Positions 10,367-19,573 of a stretch of DNA of 64,000 nt are shown here, one piece after another (position 1 is the first letter of the stretch; each line of letters begins with the position of its first letter). The DNA is from Oligoflexales bacterium. GTDB taxonomy: Bacteria > Bdellovibrionota_B > Oligoflexia > Oligoflexales > Bog-1112. The position numbers and the translations under genes are program-made. Below the pieces are notes generated by a model. That model ran no database searches and was not told the DNA's origin. It saw nothing but the letters and a program-made list of their open reading frames with translations. The stretch is taken from contig JBGCDR010000178.1 of the NCBI GenBank assembly GCA_045105515.1, positions 1 through 64,000 on the forward strand. The letters run 5' to 3'.

Positions 10367-10501
10367 AGAAATTGTTCCACTGGTTCATCATCTGGTAAAT
10401 GCTGGAGGAAGCTTGGAAGATTCCTCGTACAGGTGTATACCTTATATGGTAGCCTTCAACGACTTATTCTTCTATTTCAAGACAACAAATTGGAGTGTAT
10501 T

Positions 10502-10990
10502 ATGGCAACGCTTGAGTTCGGTGCGACTTCTTATAAAGACCCCATTGAAATTGCCAACTTGCTAGCTGAAGAGGGAATTCTTTACGAAAGATGGGGCACA
10601 AAGCCGGATGCTTATCCTGATGATGCTGCAGTTCTCGATGCATATGCTCCAGAAGTGAAAAAGTTGAAAAAGAAGGGTCAGTATATACATGCTGATCTAG
10701 TGGCGCTAAAACCTGACACCCCTGATCTGGACCAAATTTGCACGAAATTTGTAAGGGAGCATCACCATGACGATGATGAAGTTCGGTTCGTCGTAGAAGG
10801 CAAAGGTGTTTTTGAAGTCATGTCCCAAAAAGATGGTTCGATGATAAAGATTTCTGCAGAACCTGGTGATCTTCTTGTAATTCCAGCCAAACGTCGGCAT
10901 CTCTTTTATTTGACCGAGGAAAAAGCGATCCGATGTATTCGGCTATTTAAAGATAGCAAAGGTTGGGAAGCGATCTATACTCAGGCTTGA
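10502..10990 (+). CDS. mtnD: Acireductone dioxygenase (cupin; methionine salvage)
   Basis: EHHHDDDEVRF...GDLLVIPA..RHLF, IRLF...GW; start ATG 10502 with GGAG SD. Confidence 0.85.
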   Translation: MATLEFGATSYKDPIEIANLLAEEGILYERWGTKPDAYPDDAAVLDAYAPEVKKLKKKGQYIHADLVALKPDTPDLDQICTKFVREHHHDDDEVRFVVEGKGVFEVMSQKDGSMIKISAEPGDLLVIPAKRRHLFYLTEEKAIRCIRLFKDSKGWEAIYTQA

Positions 10991-11238
10991 GCAACAGATT
11001 GAGAAATCCTAGACTTGAAATTATCCTTACCCTTAATAGTAGGTGTGCTTGCGCTCGCAACAGCTATGAACAATATTGGTTTTGATTAAATCATAATCAG
11101 CTGTATTGACAAACTTTGGTTTACAAACGACAATGATATTTCCTAATCTTACCTTTTGAGTTAGTAAGAGTTTTGTGGAGGCTTCTATATGCCTTAGATA
11201 GGCTTAGTTGTAGAGGTGGCTGGGGACAGTTGGAATAA

Positions 11239-11281
11239 GTTTTTCCACAGTTTTTCCACAGTTTTTCCACAGTTTTCAACA
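11239..11281 (+). promoter_or_regulatory. Tandem DnaA-box array
   Basis: GTTTTTCCACA x3 (boxes TTTTCCACA at 11241, 11252, 11263 fit TTWTNCACA) plus TTTTCAACA at 11273. Confidence 0.65.
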
Positions 11282-11309
11282 GTTGTAACTCTCTAGATAT
11301 GAGAATAAA

Positions 11310-11930
11310 ATGGAACATTCTAGTAAAGATACCGATAAATATTTGGAGAAATTAGGCACTCTCACAAAAACGAAAGCCTTTCTTGGGAAAGAATTCCTAA
11401 CTTGGCTGTGGTATCAAGCCGAGTTGCGCAAAGAAGCTTTTTTTCTAGAGAGGTCTAAGGACAAGGGCGACCTTAGTTTTCATTTCTGGATAGATGATCG
11501 AATTTTTCTACAGCCTTTTGATAAGCAGGGGCATGAGAATTTGTTGAGAGGTGGGGATCCTAGTCAAAGCGAAGAAGCTGCGACATCTCTGGCTAGTGGT
11601 ATGGTCATCAAAGAGTTTAAACTTGGTATGAATATTCGCGGGGTTGGTGATTTCACAGCCGTATTAAATGCAGATGACTTAAATCCTAAATCCTTGCAAG
11701 TGCCTGGAGATCAAGCTGGAGTGTGGGAGGACAGTGATGAGCTCGATCAATCTACGATAATATTGACTCGAATCCATCAAATGGAGTGCTTTACTGATGC
11801 TCTTGACTTTGTATTTGCTGAATTCCTCCATGATCGTACCAGTGGAGACTGGGATACCAAGACCTTAAGGTCTATCCGAAACTGGATTTCATCTCGTCGC
11901 ACTAGGTCGGCGCAGAAAGTGATTCACTGA
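11310..11930 (+). CDS. RdgC-like hypothetical protein (deltaproteobacterial type)
   Basis: FLGKEFLTWLW N-terminal motif, EAATSLASG, FAEFL..R...W C-terminus; recalled family resemblance. Confidence 0.55.
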   Translation: MEHSSKDTDKYLEKLGTLTKTKAFLGKEFLTWLWYQAELRKEAFFLERSKDKGDLSFHFWIDDRIFLQPFDKQGHENLLRGGDPSQSEEAATSLASGMVIKEFKLGMNIRGVGDFTAVLNADDLNPKSLQVPGDQAGVWEDSDELDQSTIILTRIHQMECFTDALDFVFAEFLHDRTSGDWDTKTLRSIRNWISSRRTRSAQKVIH

Positions 11931-12086
11931 CTTGCCTTTCCTAAGCATTAGCGATAATTCAGAGTCTTTCCGAGTAAAACCGAGGGATATCAGGTGCTTA
12001 TAAGGAGATCTCGCCATTGCCTACGAGGTGAGCAAGGAATTGTGGCTTCTCTCAAATAGAAGTAAGAAAGTCACCTGCAGAGGGTT

Positions 12087-13592
12087 TTAAGATAGCTTTG
12101 GAACCATGCTTTCAAGTGAGCGAGTCAACCTTCGTGTTTCACCGACAACTTGATCCTTTTCTTTTAAAGGGATACTTGCAACGAAAGAAGTACCCTCCCC
12201 TATTTTTGAACTAACCTCTATGTTTCCACCATGAAGTTTAACTAATGCAAGTGCTAGACTAAGGCCAATGCCTACACCGCCGCCAGCACGATTTCTAGCC
12301 GTGTCAGCGCGGAAAAAAGGGTCAAAAATATTGGGAAGTGACTCTTCGGGAATTCCTTCTCCCTCATCGACGATTTGAAAGTGAATAAATTCATCGCTAG
12401 AACTTGCTTTAAATGAAACTTGACTGGCTTTAGCTGAGTGCTTGGCCGCGTTTAGTAAAATATTCTTGAGTGCTAGTGCCAAGTAACCTTGAGAGCAATA
12501 AAAAATTTCAGGTCCTTTCTCCTGAAATACATTCAGTGATAAGCCTTTGTTTTTGTATATCGTGCTTACTTTATCCGCTAGTTCGGACATAAAGTCCTTA
12601 ACACCCACTTGGGTCCAGTTCATGGCTACCGACTTACTCTCTGCTCGAGCAAGAAGAAGGAGGTCTTCAATTATGCTAGTCATGTGAATTGCTTCTTTGG
12701 CAATAGTCTGAAGAGACTTACGGTATTGTTCTGGTTCACGCTCTCGCCGGAGGGTCAATTCCGCTTCTCCTCGAAGCACGGCGAGAGGAGTTCGTAACTC
12801 ATGAGAAACGTCACCAGTAAACCTCCTTAGTCTTTTGACAGCATCTTCTAAGCTATCAAACATCTTGTTGAAGGTTTTTGATAAGTCCTGAATTTCATCA
12901 TTTGCAGGTGGGATTGGAAGCCTTATGCTTAGATCATCTATGCACATTTGAGATGCGGCTTTAGAGATTGCCTTAACTGGATTAAGGGCTCTAGCAGTGA
13001 AAACGTATCCTAGTAGGATAGAAATTAAAAGCGTCAAAGGAAGTACAAACCAAAGAATGATTGCAGTCCCTTTCAATGTGTCTAGGGTGTGATTGAGAAA
13101 TACTCCTACTTGTACGATTTCGCCAGTAAACTTTGTATGAAGCATCACCGGTAAAGTAATTTGACGCAAAGGTGCTCGGTCTTTAAAAGAAAATGTTTCT
13201 ATAGTCGACAAGCCTTTTTCTGCTCTACCAATTGCTTTAGGCGTTACCGGAAGGGCCGCAATTACGTTTTCGGTTTTAGAGTGTACCTTCCCAGAAATGC
13301 TAATAATTCGTGCATATGGTTTTATAAAGCGTTCGCCCATTAATTGATTAACTTGCAATGGATCGCGAAAAAATTGTTCAATTAGAGAGTCTCTTTGGTA
13401 GCCTAAACCCCATGAAAAACGTGCATCCCTGATTGATTTGGCCGAAGAAATTAGTGCTGCATTGACAGAATCATTGAGATTATTCTCTACAACTTTGTAG
13501 AGACCAAAGCCAATAAAAATAAAGATCAATGCCATGCAAATAGCATGTACGATTGAAAGTCTGAATCGAACTGGAATCCGATCTAAAATCAT
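12087..13592 (-). CDS. Sensor histidine kinase (HAMP-HisKA-HATPase, CusS/QseC-like)
   Basis: Two TMs, DVSHELRTPL H-box, NILLNAAKH, DEGEGI, GGVGIGLSL. Confidence 0.93.
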   Translation of the reverse strand: MILDRIPVRFRLSIVHAICMALIFIFIGFGLYKVVENNLNDSVNAALISSAKSIRDARFSWGLGYQRDSLIEQFFRDPLQVNQLMGERFIKPYARIISISGKVHSKTENVIAALPVTPKAIGRAEKGLSTIETFSFKDRAPLRQITLPVMLHTKFTGEIVQVGVFLNHTLDTLKGTAIILWFVLPLTLLISILLGYVFTARALNPVKAISKAASQMCIDDLSIRLPIPPANDEIQDLSKTFNKMFDSLEDAVKRLRRFTGDVSHELRTPLAVLRGEAELTLRREREPEQYRKSLQTIAKEAIHMTSIIEDLLLLARAESKSVAMNWTQVGVKDFMSELADKVSTIYKNKGLSLNVFQEKGPEIFYCSQGYLALALKNILLNAAKHSAKASQVSFKASSSDEFIHFQIVDEGEGIPEESLPNIFDPFFRADTARNRAGGGVGIGLSLALALVKLHGGNIEVSSKIGEGTSFVASIPLKEKDQVVGETRRLTRSLESMVPKLS

Positions 13593-14329
13593 GGTCTCAT
13601 TTCACCGCTTAGTTCGCTTCCAGCATCGACAACTTGGCCTATCGTGTCCGGATGACTTTGATTAACGTCTAACATATACCCATGTCCCCTTACGGTCTTG
13701 ATGAGCGAATGGCCTATTGCTTTGGTAATCTTTGTTCTTAAATAGCCTACGTAAACATCAACCACATTAGATGTGGGTTCAAAATTAATATCCCATACAT
13801 GTTCTGACAGCTGAGTACGAGTCAGAACCGTACCTACATTTCTTGCAAAATACTCGAGTAAGCCATATTCTTTAGCAGTAAACTCGACAATTTTATCATT
13901 GATTACTACCTCTTTTCGTGCAGGATCTATTTTTAAAGGCCCAAGCTCTATTACAGCAGGTGAGAAGGTGTCTTTGCGACGCAGAAGTGCTCTTACTCTG
14001 GCCATCACTTCATCTAGGCTAAATGGCTTTGTTAAGTAGTCGTCTGCTCCAGAGTCTAGTCCTTTGACCAAGTCATCAGTAGCATCCCGAGCTGTAAGAA
14101 ACAAAACAGGAGTTGTGACTCCGCCTTTGCGCAGGGAATCCAATACTTCCATACCATCTTTACGAGGTAGCATGATATCTAGAATAATGAGGTCATATGG
14201 ATTTTCGAAAGCCATCCATTCAGCTTCTTGTCCGTCAGCAGCATGATCTACTGCGTACGACTCTTCCCTTAAACACCTTACAATAATGTCCGCTAATGGG
14301 GCATCATCTTCTACAACCAAAATACGCAC
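13589..14329 (-). CDS. OmpR-family response regulator
   Basis: ILVVEDD, LIILDIMLP, GADDYLTKPF, NVVDVYVGYLR, KTVRGHGY; GTG start with GGGAG SD. Confidence 0.95.
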   Translation of the reverse strand: MRILVVEDDAPLADIIVRCLREESYAVDHAADGQEAEWMAFENPYDLIILDIMLPRKDGMEVLDSLRKGGVTTPVLFLTARDATDDLVKGLDSGADDYLTKPFSLDEVMARVRALLRRKDTFSPAVIELGPLKIDPARKEVVINDKIVEFTAKEYGLLEYFARNVGTVLTRTQLSEHVWDINFEPTSNVVDVYVGYLRTKITKAIGHSLIKTVRGHGYMLDVNQSHPDTIGQVVDAGSELSGEMRP

Positions 14330-14673
14330 TCTTTAACTCCCTTATCTCATTGCAAAGCACTTCCAAGGAATGCTTTATTCTCACTTACCAGTCCTTACTG
14401 GCTATTGTTGAGAGTATAAGAATGTACAAATGAGAAGCACTTAAGGCAAGTGGTAAAGGTTCAAGGTTCTGTAAATAAAATGTAAATATTTATGGGCATG
14501 ATAGATGACGATAGAAAGTGAAATAGGACCCTTAGACTATTTACTAAGCAACTGTAATCACGTTATATTCATCCAGATCGTATTTCTTTATTTGGCTTGT
14601 AATTTGAATGGATTCTTGTAGATTGCAGATATCTTTAGAAATAATAATACTTTGGGTTTTATTAGGATGGGCC

Positions 14674-15210
14674 TTAAGCAACCTGACTAATTTCGTCCAA
14701 TAATGCTTTTGCTTCATCCTGCTGGTCTTTTTTGATGACTTTTTCTAACTTCACTGTCCCTTTAAGTAGGTTACGCAGTTGTTTCTTGTCTGAAACTAAG
14801 GTGGCTAACTGCTTCATTTTTTCTCTTCTTAGTAGCCCATTATTAATAAAATCATGCAATTGGTCGACATTAAAAGGTTTTCGCAAATATCCATCAGCTT
14901 CATTGAGCAATTCCTCTTCGTCTTGATTTAAAAGGGCTCCACTGATCAGAAGAACTGGAATGGAAGTATCATGTTTCCTAACCCGCTTCATCAATTGGAA
15001 ACCATCCATTCTTGGCATATTGATATCTGAAATAACGAGATCAATAGTTTTTTCTCGTAAAGACTCTATGGCTTCTTTTGCATTTTTGACTACGATCACT
15101 TTTGAAAAAAACTTATTTAGGTGAATCTTGAAAAACTTCAGTAGAGTGTTGTCGTCATCAACTACAAGAATAAAGCTTGTGCGATCATACTTTTGTTGAC
15201 TTTGTGACAT
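14674..15210 (-). CDS. Response regulator receiver protein with short helical tail
   Basis: ILVVDDD, VISDINMPRMDG, LISG, YLRKPF. Confidence 0.9.
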   Translation of the reverse strand: MSQSQQKYDRTSFILVVDDDNTLLKFFKIHLNKFFSKVIVVKNAKEAIESLREKTIDLVISDINMPRMDGFQLMKRVRKHDTSIPVLLISGALLNQDEEELLNEADGYLRKPFNVDQLHDFINNGLLRREKMKQLATLVSDKKQLRNLLKGTVKLEKVIKKDQQDEAKALLDEISQVA

Positions 15211-15284
15211 AATTCATCCTTGCACTTAAATACGTTAGTGTAGGCTTAACTACTATTAACCGGTAATCAGTCCTTCTTCACATC

Positions 15285-15311
15285 CTATCGGATTCATATT
15301 TAATTAGTTTA
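15285..15311 (-). promoter_or_regulatory. sigma28 (FliA)-like promoter
   Basis: TAAA-N15-TCCGATAG on minus strand upstream of the receiver gene. Confidence 0.55.
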
Positions 15312-16493
15312 ATTACTCTCTTTATGCTTTTTGTTATTGGCATGTTTGATGTCTTCTATGTATGATCTCGCTAACTCTTTTAAATCACTGCTGCTTTCTA
15401 TTGAACTTTGTAAGACTTCATAAAAAAGGCGCATAGCTTGGTATGGGTGGTCAAAGGAATGAAGTGTAAGCAATGCTAAATTATAACGAGAATTTGAATT
15501 TTGTGGGTCAATTTCCAGGACTTTTTCCAAAAGAATTTTCGCATCGTTATATTTGCCGGTTCGCATGTAAACTAGCCCAAGAGCAGTATGGGCTTCAATG
15601 TGATTTCCCTGCAATGATAAGGCTTTTTTAAGGGAAATTTCCGCACTTTCATAGTCATATTTTCGTAGTGACAGAATACCCTTGTTTACTAAAGCTGGGA
15701 CAAAAGTAGGAGAAATTGAAAGCGCTTTTGCATACCATGTTTCAGATTTTTCTAAGTTTCCAATTTTCTCGGTTATCACTCCAAGTAGATTATATAATGA
15801 GGGATCTTCTTTGCCTCTATCCAAGCCACGTAAAACGATAAATTCGGCGACTTCCAACTTGTCCTTGTTTAGGTAGGATGAGGCTAATGCAGCGTAACCT
15901 GGGGTGAATGTTTTATCCAAGGCGATCAGGTCGCTTAATATTTCATGACTTTTTCGAGTATCATCGATTAACTCATATGCAAGTGCTAGGGTGTATCTGT
16001 ATTGAAATAAAAAACTATTAGGGATAGTTTCCATTTTAGTCAAATTTTGTTTAATTTCTTCTAAGAGGTTAAAGGCGTGATCGGTATCAGTTTTTCGGAT
16101 ATATATCATAGCTAATTCTAGCAATCCTTGGAGATTGTCAGAATCTATCCTCAGAAGGTTGTGATAGGTATGTTCAGCTTTATCTAAATGTCCCAATGCT
16201 AAGAAAGATCGTGCTTTTTTCAATAGGTCTTCTGGATTTTGATTATCTCCTGATGAGATAAACTTCTGTTGGAGGATACCTCTTTGTTTTTGATTTGGGG
16301 GTGGTTTGAAAAAATCTCTCCAGCTCATTGATCTATTTTTGTTTTTTTGAGCCAAGGGATTAGTGGTACCGTTTTGTTCTGGTACAGGACCCATTTCTAC
16401 ATCAAGTTCATTATTTTCTTTTTCCGCTGATCCAAAGGGAGAACAGGCCAAAAGAGCAAAAGAAAAAGCCGATAATAATAATAAATGCTGCAT
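15309..16493 (-). CDS. TPR lipoprotein (GltE/AglT-like architecture)
   Basis: Lipobox LLAC, multiple clear TPRs (LYNLLGVI, ALVNKGIL, AHTALGLVY, SRYNLALL); TAATG coupling with upstream gene. Confidence 0.75.
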   Translation of the reverse strand: MQHLLLLSAFSFALLACSPFGSAEKENNELDVEMGPVPEQNGTTNPLAQKNKNRSMSWRDFFKPPPNQKQRGILQQKFISSGDNQNPEDLLKKARSFLALGHLDKAEHTYHNLLRIDSDNLQGLLELAMIYIRKTDTDHAFNLLEEIKQNLTKMETIPNSFLFQYRYTLALAYELIDDTRKSHEILSDLIALDKTFTPGYAALASSYLNKDKLEVAEFIVLRGLDRGKEDPSLYNLLGVITEKIGNLEKSETWYAKALSISPTFVPALVNKGILSLRKYDYESAEISLKKALSLQGNHIEAHTALGLVYMRTGKYNDAKILLEKVLEIDPQNSNSRYNLALLTLHSFDHPYQAMRLFYEVLQSSIESSSDLKELARSYIEDIKHANNKKHKESN

Positions 16494-19400
16494 TAAAGGC
16501 TCCATTGGTAAGGAAGATCAAGGTGCACTGCATGAGGAATTACCGACTCCTCAAATGGTTTTTTAGGTGCTATTGTTGTTCCTCTTATTCTCCACTTTGA
16601 TTTATTTACCCAGCTGTTGCTAGCATAATTTTGTTTACTACTAAGAAGTACGTTTTGGCTAAATAGTTTATTTGCAAAAAATCGAAGGTCTGAAGCTTCG
16701 TTAATTAGTGTTGCTGATGGTCTTTGGCCCGACTGTTCGAGTTTAAACAGTGAAGAAGATAATTCTATAGAGAATGACTCACTGATGTCACCTAGTTTGT
16801 AGCGCCCCATAGCGCTCCATTCCAGGTGATTACTGCGTATAGCTGCAAGATAAATATTTTTTAGTCTTTGATAGGACTTCTTCTTGATACTTAGAAGATA
16901 ATTGAATCTTTTTAAATTGTTCCACAGCTCTACTGTTTTGAACTCTTTAGAAATTTCATTTGCTAAAATTATATTGGCTTCACCATAAATGCTTGCCCAG
17001 GGTTCTGCTCCAATCTTTGATTTAGAGTTTTTACTGGATTGAATTACACCCTTAATAATGTTTATTCCCTTGCTGATGTCATAACCTGATAAGTAAGTTT
17101 TTGCGAGCAAGATCTTAGTTTCAAATTTTTCTAACAAATCTTTGCTGAGTTTTAGTCTCAATTTCGCTACCTTAATTGCTTTGCGATATTTTTTTGCTTT
17201 TAAAAAGTGCGAAACCGATCTCTTGTAACAGGACATTTTTTTTTGATGAGATTTTTCATACTTACCTAGTAATTCAGAGGCATTTCCAGCTAACTCAAAT
17301 AAGTCATCAGCCTCTGCAAGTTTTTCTGATCTAAGCAGACTAGTTGGGGTTTTTTTGTGCCTCGGAAAGCCAGAAGCTAGCTGCCAATAATAGTCTGATG
17401 CAAGCATAAATTTAAGCTGATATTCATAGCTGCGTGCAAGAAGATAAAGCATATCAGCTTTTTCTTTCTTTAAGCCCCAACTTAGATAGTTTAATCCTGC
17501 TTCTTGGGCCTTTAGCCAGTTTCCGGCAATAGCTAAATAATAGGCTCCGTCACGCATAATCCGAGATCTTTGCGGAAGGCCATGAAATTCGCTAGCAATA
17601 CTTACTAATAGCTGCCCAGCTTCAGTAATAGCACCATTATCATGGAGTCGAAGACCTTCATCGAGGCTAGCTTGTCCTAAAAGACTTAGAAACTCTCGCT
17701 GCATAGTAGAACCAAGAGCCTTCCAATCTTCAAGCCTAAGAAACTTGCGCAAAGCAACTATTAGGTTCCCTGTCGAGCGATGTTTTAAAGTCGCAAATAC
17801 TATTCCTCTTAGAGCTTTACTGCGTTGACCAATAGTAGAACCTAGATTTAGAACCTTGTTCCAAAAAGTGATTGCCAGTTGATAACGGCCCTGGTCCTTA
17901 TTCGCAGTAGCTGCTACTAACAGTAGATCAATAGCCTTGGAAGAGCTGGGGAAATTACTTACATAGCTGTTTACAGCTTTTTCCAGTTGAACTAGGTATC
18001 CAATTGTTTTCTCATCATTGGTTACTTGCATTCCAGATTCTAAAGCTTCTCTAAAACTTCTTCTCCACATTTTTTCATAAGAGATTGCAAGTTGGTAGGA
18101 GCTTATTTGAAGAAGTTCTTTGTCTAGTTTAATATCGCTAAGCAACTGGGAATATTGCATGGCAGCTTCTTCAAAGTTTTCCGAATAAAAATAGCAGTGA
18201 GCCTTTGATAGTCGCCACCTACTAGCATCTTTGTGATAGGGTGAAAAATCGAGAACAATGGAGAAAAAAGATGCTGCAGACATGTAGTGTTTGCTCAGAC
18301 CTGAGCTAACGCCTGTGTTGAAATGCCACTTAGCCAAAAGCAGAGCTGCTTGAAAAGCTAGTTTTTCCATTCTTTTCATGGTCGAAAGGTCCCCAGAATG
18401 TTTAGAGCGCCATAAACTCTTTTCCGGAAGAAGAAGTGCTAGCTGTTCTAGGTTTTTTATATGGAGTTTTGTTTGATTGTTAGTTTTATATGCAGCTGCC
18501 AGCATGGAAAGTTGGTGAGGTAGCTCAGAAGAGAGAGGAAACATTTTTAGTATGTGATTTAGAGTTGCTTCAAGTCTGAAAAATTGCCTCGAATTCAAAT
18601 AGCGCTCGGCAAGGTAGCTCCCAACTTTAGGAGCATGGTTTCCAAAAGATTTATAATTTAGGTATTTCTCAATTTTTTCAGTTTCACCGATTTCGAAGAG
18701 CACATCCCCAAGTAGCTCTACGATATCATTATTCAGCTTATTTTGCTCGTTTAACCTACCAAGGTGCCGATTTGGTGAAAGGATATTGATTCCTGTATTA
18801 ATCACTTTGTATAAGGAGCCTGATCGGTACGCAGCCCATGCTAAGCGGTACTCGAGCATAAGAATTTTTTGATTTTGTTCGGAAATTTTTAAGTGTCTTA
18901 AAAGAGCCAAAGCTTTTTCATAATTGATTACGGCTCTATGTGGGTTTTCTTGATAGAAATAGTGATCTCCAATAGCGGTATGAGCATATACATGATATAT
19001 AGATTGATGAGTCTTTGATGCAAGAATTTTCCACGATCTGAAAGATTTTTGCTTTTGACCTAATGTGCTATAAATATTTGCCTGTAAAAAAAGTGCATAG
19101 TCCCATTTTAAAAAAAGTGGAAAATTATCTCTTATTTCATTTAGCAAATTGATAGCCTCTTCTTGGTACCCTGTTAAAGTACTATTGTTTTCCTCTTGAT
19201 TAATATTTTCAGAAAGCAAATAGAGAACTTGGGCTAGATTAAGAAGTACATAGGGCCTATTTTCAGCATTCTCTGAAGTGTGTAGTTGGTCCCGGTAGTC
19301 CGAGGCGGACTCTTTTAGTTTATCGATGATTTCTTGGTTTATATCAAATTTTTGTTTGAAGTGATCTTGGGATAGATTGTTCCATGAAGACTCATACTTT

Positions 19401-19573
19401 TTTTGTCCATCTCTGATAAGTTCTTTTTGTCTCTTCTCAAAAGTTTGCCAAAACGAGTGATAAACCTCCATCGCAGTTGGGTCAGCTAGGTCGGACTTGG
19501 ATTTGCTTAACGCTCTCCCAGGTATAGCTAAAAACAAAAAGGAAATAAGTATAAATATTTGATATTTTACCAT
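16493..19573 (-). CDS. Large exported TPR protein (GltD/AgmU-like architecture)
   Basis: 1026 aa, signal peptide, TPR-like repeats (YRLAWAAY, MLYLLARSY, WSAMGRYKLG). Confidence 0.65.
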   Translation of the reverse strand: MVKYQIFILISFLFLAIPGRALSKSKSDLADPTAMEVYHSFWQTFEKRQKELIRDGQKKYESSWNNLSQDHFKQKFDINQEIIDKLKESASDYRDQLHTSENAENRPYVLLNLAQVLYLLSENINQEENNSTLTGYQEEAINLLNEIRDNFPLFLKWDYALFLQANIYSTLGQKQKSFRSWKILASKTHQSIYHVYAHTAIGDHYFYQENPHRAVINYEKALALLRHLKISEQNQKILMLEYRLAWAAYRSGSLYKVINTGINILSPNRHLGRLNEQNKLNNDIVELLGDVLFEIGETEKIEKYLNYKSFGNHAPKVGSYLAERYLNSRQFFRLEATLNHILKMFPLSSELPHQLSMLAAAYKTNNQTKLHIKNLEQLALLLPEKSLWRSKHSGDLSTMKRMEKLAFQAALLLAKWHFNTGVSSGLSKHYMSAASFFSIVLDFSPYHKDASRWRLSKAHCYFYSENFEEAAMQYSQLLSDIKLDKELLQISSYQLAISYEKMWRRSFREALESGMQVTNDEKTIGYLVQLEKAVNSYVSNFPSSSKAIDLLLVAATANKDQGRYQLAITFWNKVLNLGSTIGQRSKALRGIVFATLKHRSTGNLIVALRKFLRLEDWKALGSTMQREFLSLLGQASLDEGLRLHDNGAITEAGQLLVSIASEFHGLPQRSRIMRDGAYYLAIAGNWLKAQEAGLNYLSWGLKKEKADMLYLLARSYEYQLKFMLASDYYWQLASGFPRHKKTPTSLLRSEKLAEADDLFELAGNASELLGKYEKSHQKKMSCYKRSVSHFLKAKKYRKAIKVAKLRLKLSKDLLEKFETKILLAKTYLSGYDISKGINIIKGVIQSSKNSKSKIGAEPWASIYGEANIILANEISKEFKTVELWNNLKRFNYLLSIKKKSYQRLKNIYLAAIRSNHLEWSAMGRYKLGDISESFSIELSSSLFKLEQSGQRPSATLINEASDLRFFANKLFSQNVLLSSKQNYASNSWVNKSKWRIRGTTIAPKKPFEESVIPHAVHLDLPYQWSL

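Noticed and set aside
11121..11318. 65-aa ORF
   Set aside because: Translation of the DnaA-box repeats on the opposite strand
11931..12086. Possible structured RNA between convergent genes
   Set aside because: Only short complementary blocks (TAAGCA/TGCTTA, CTTGC/GCAAG); not distinguishable from chance by eye
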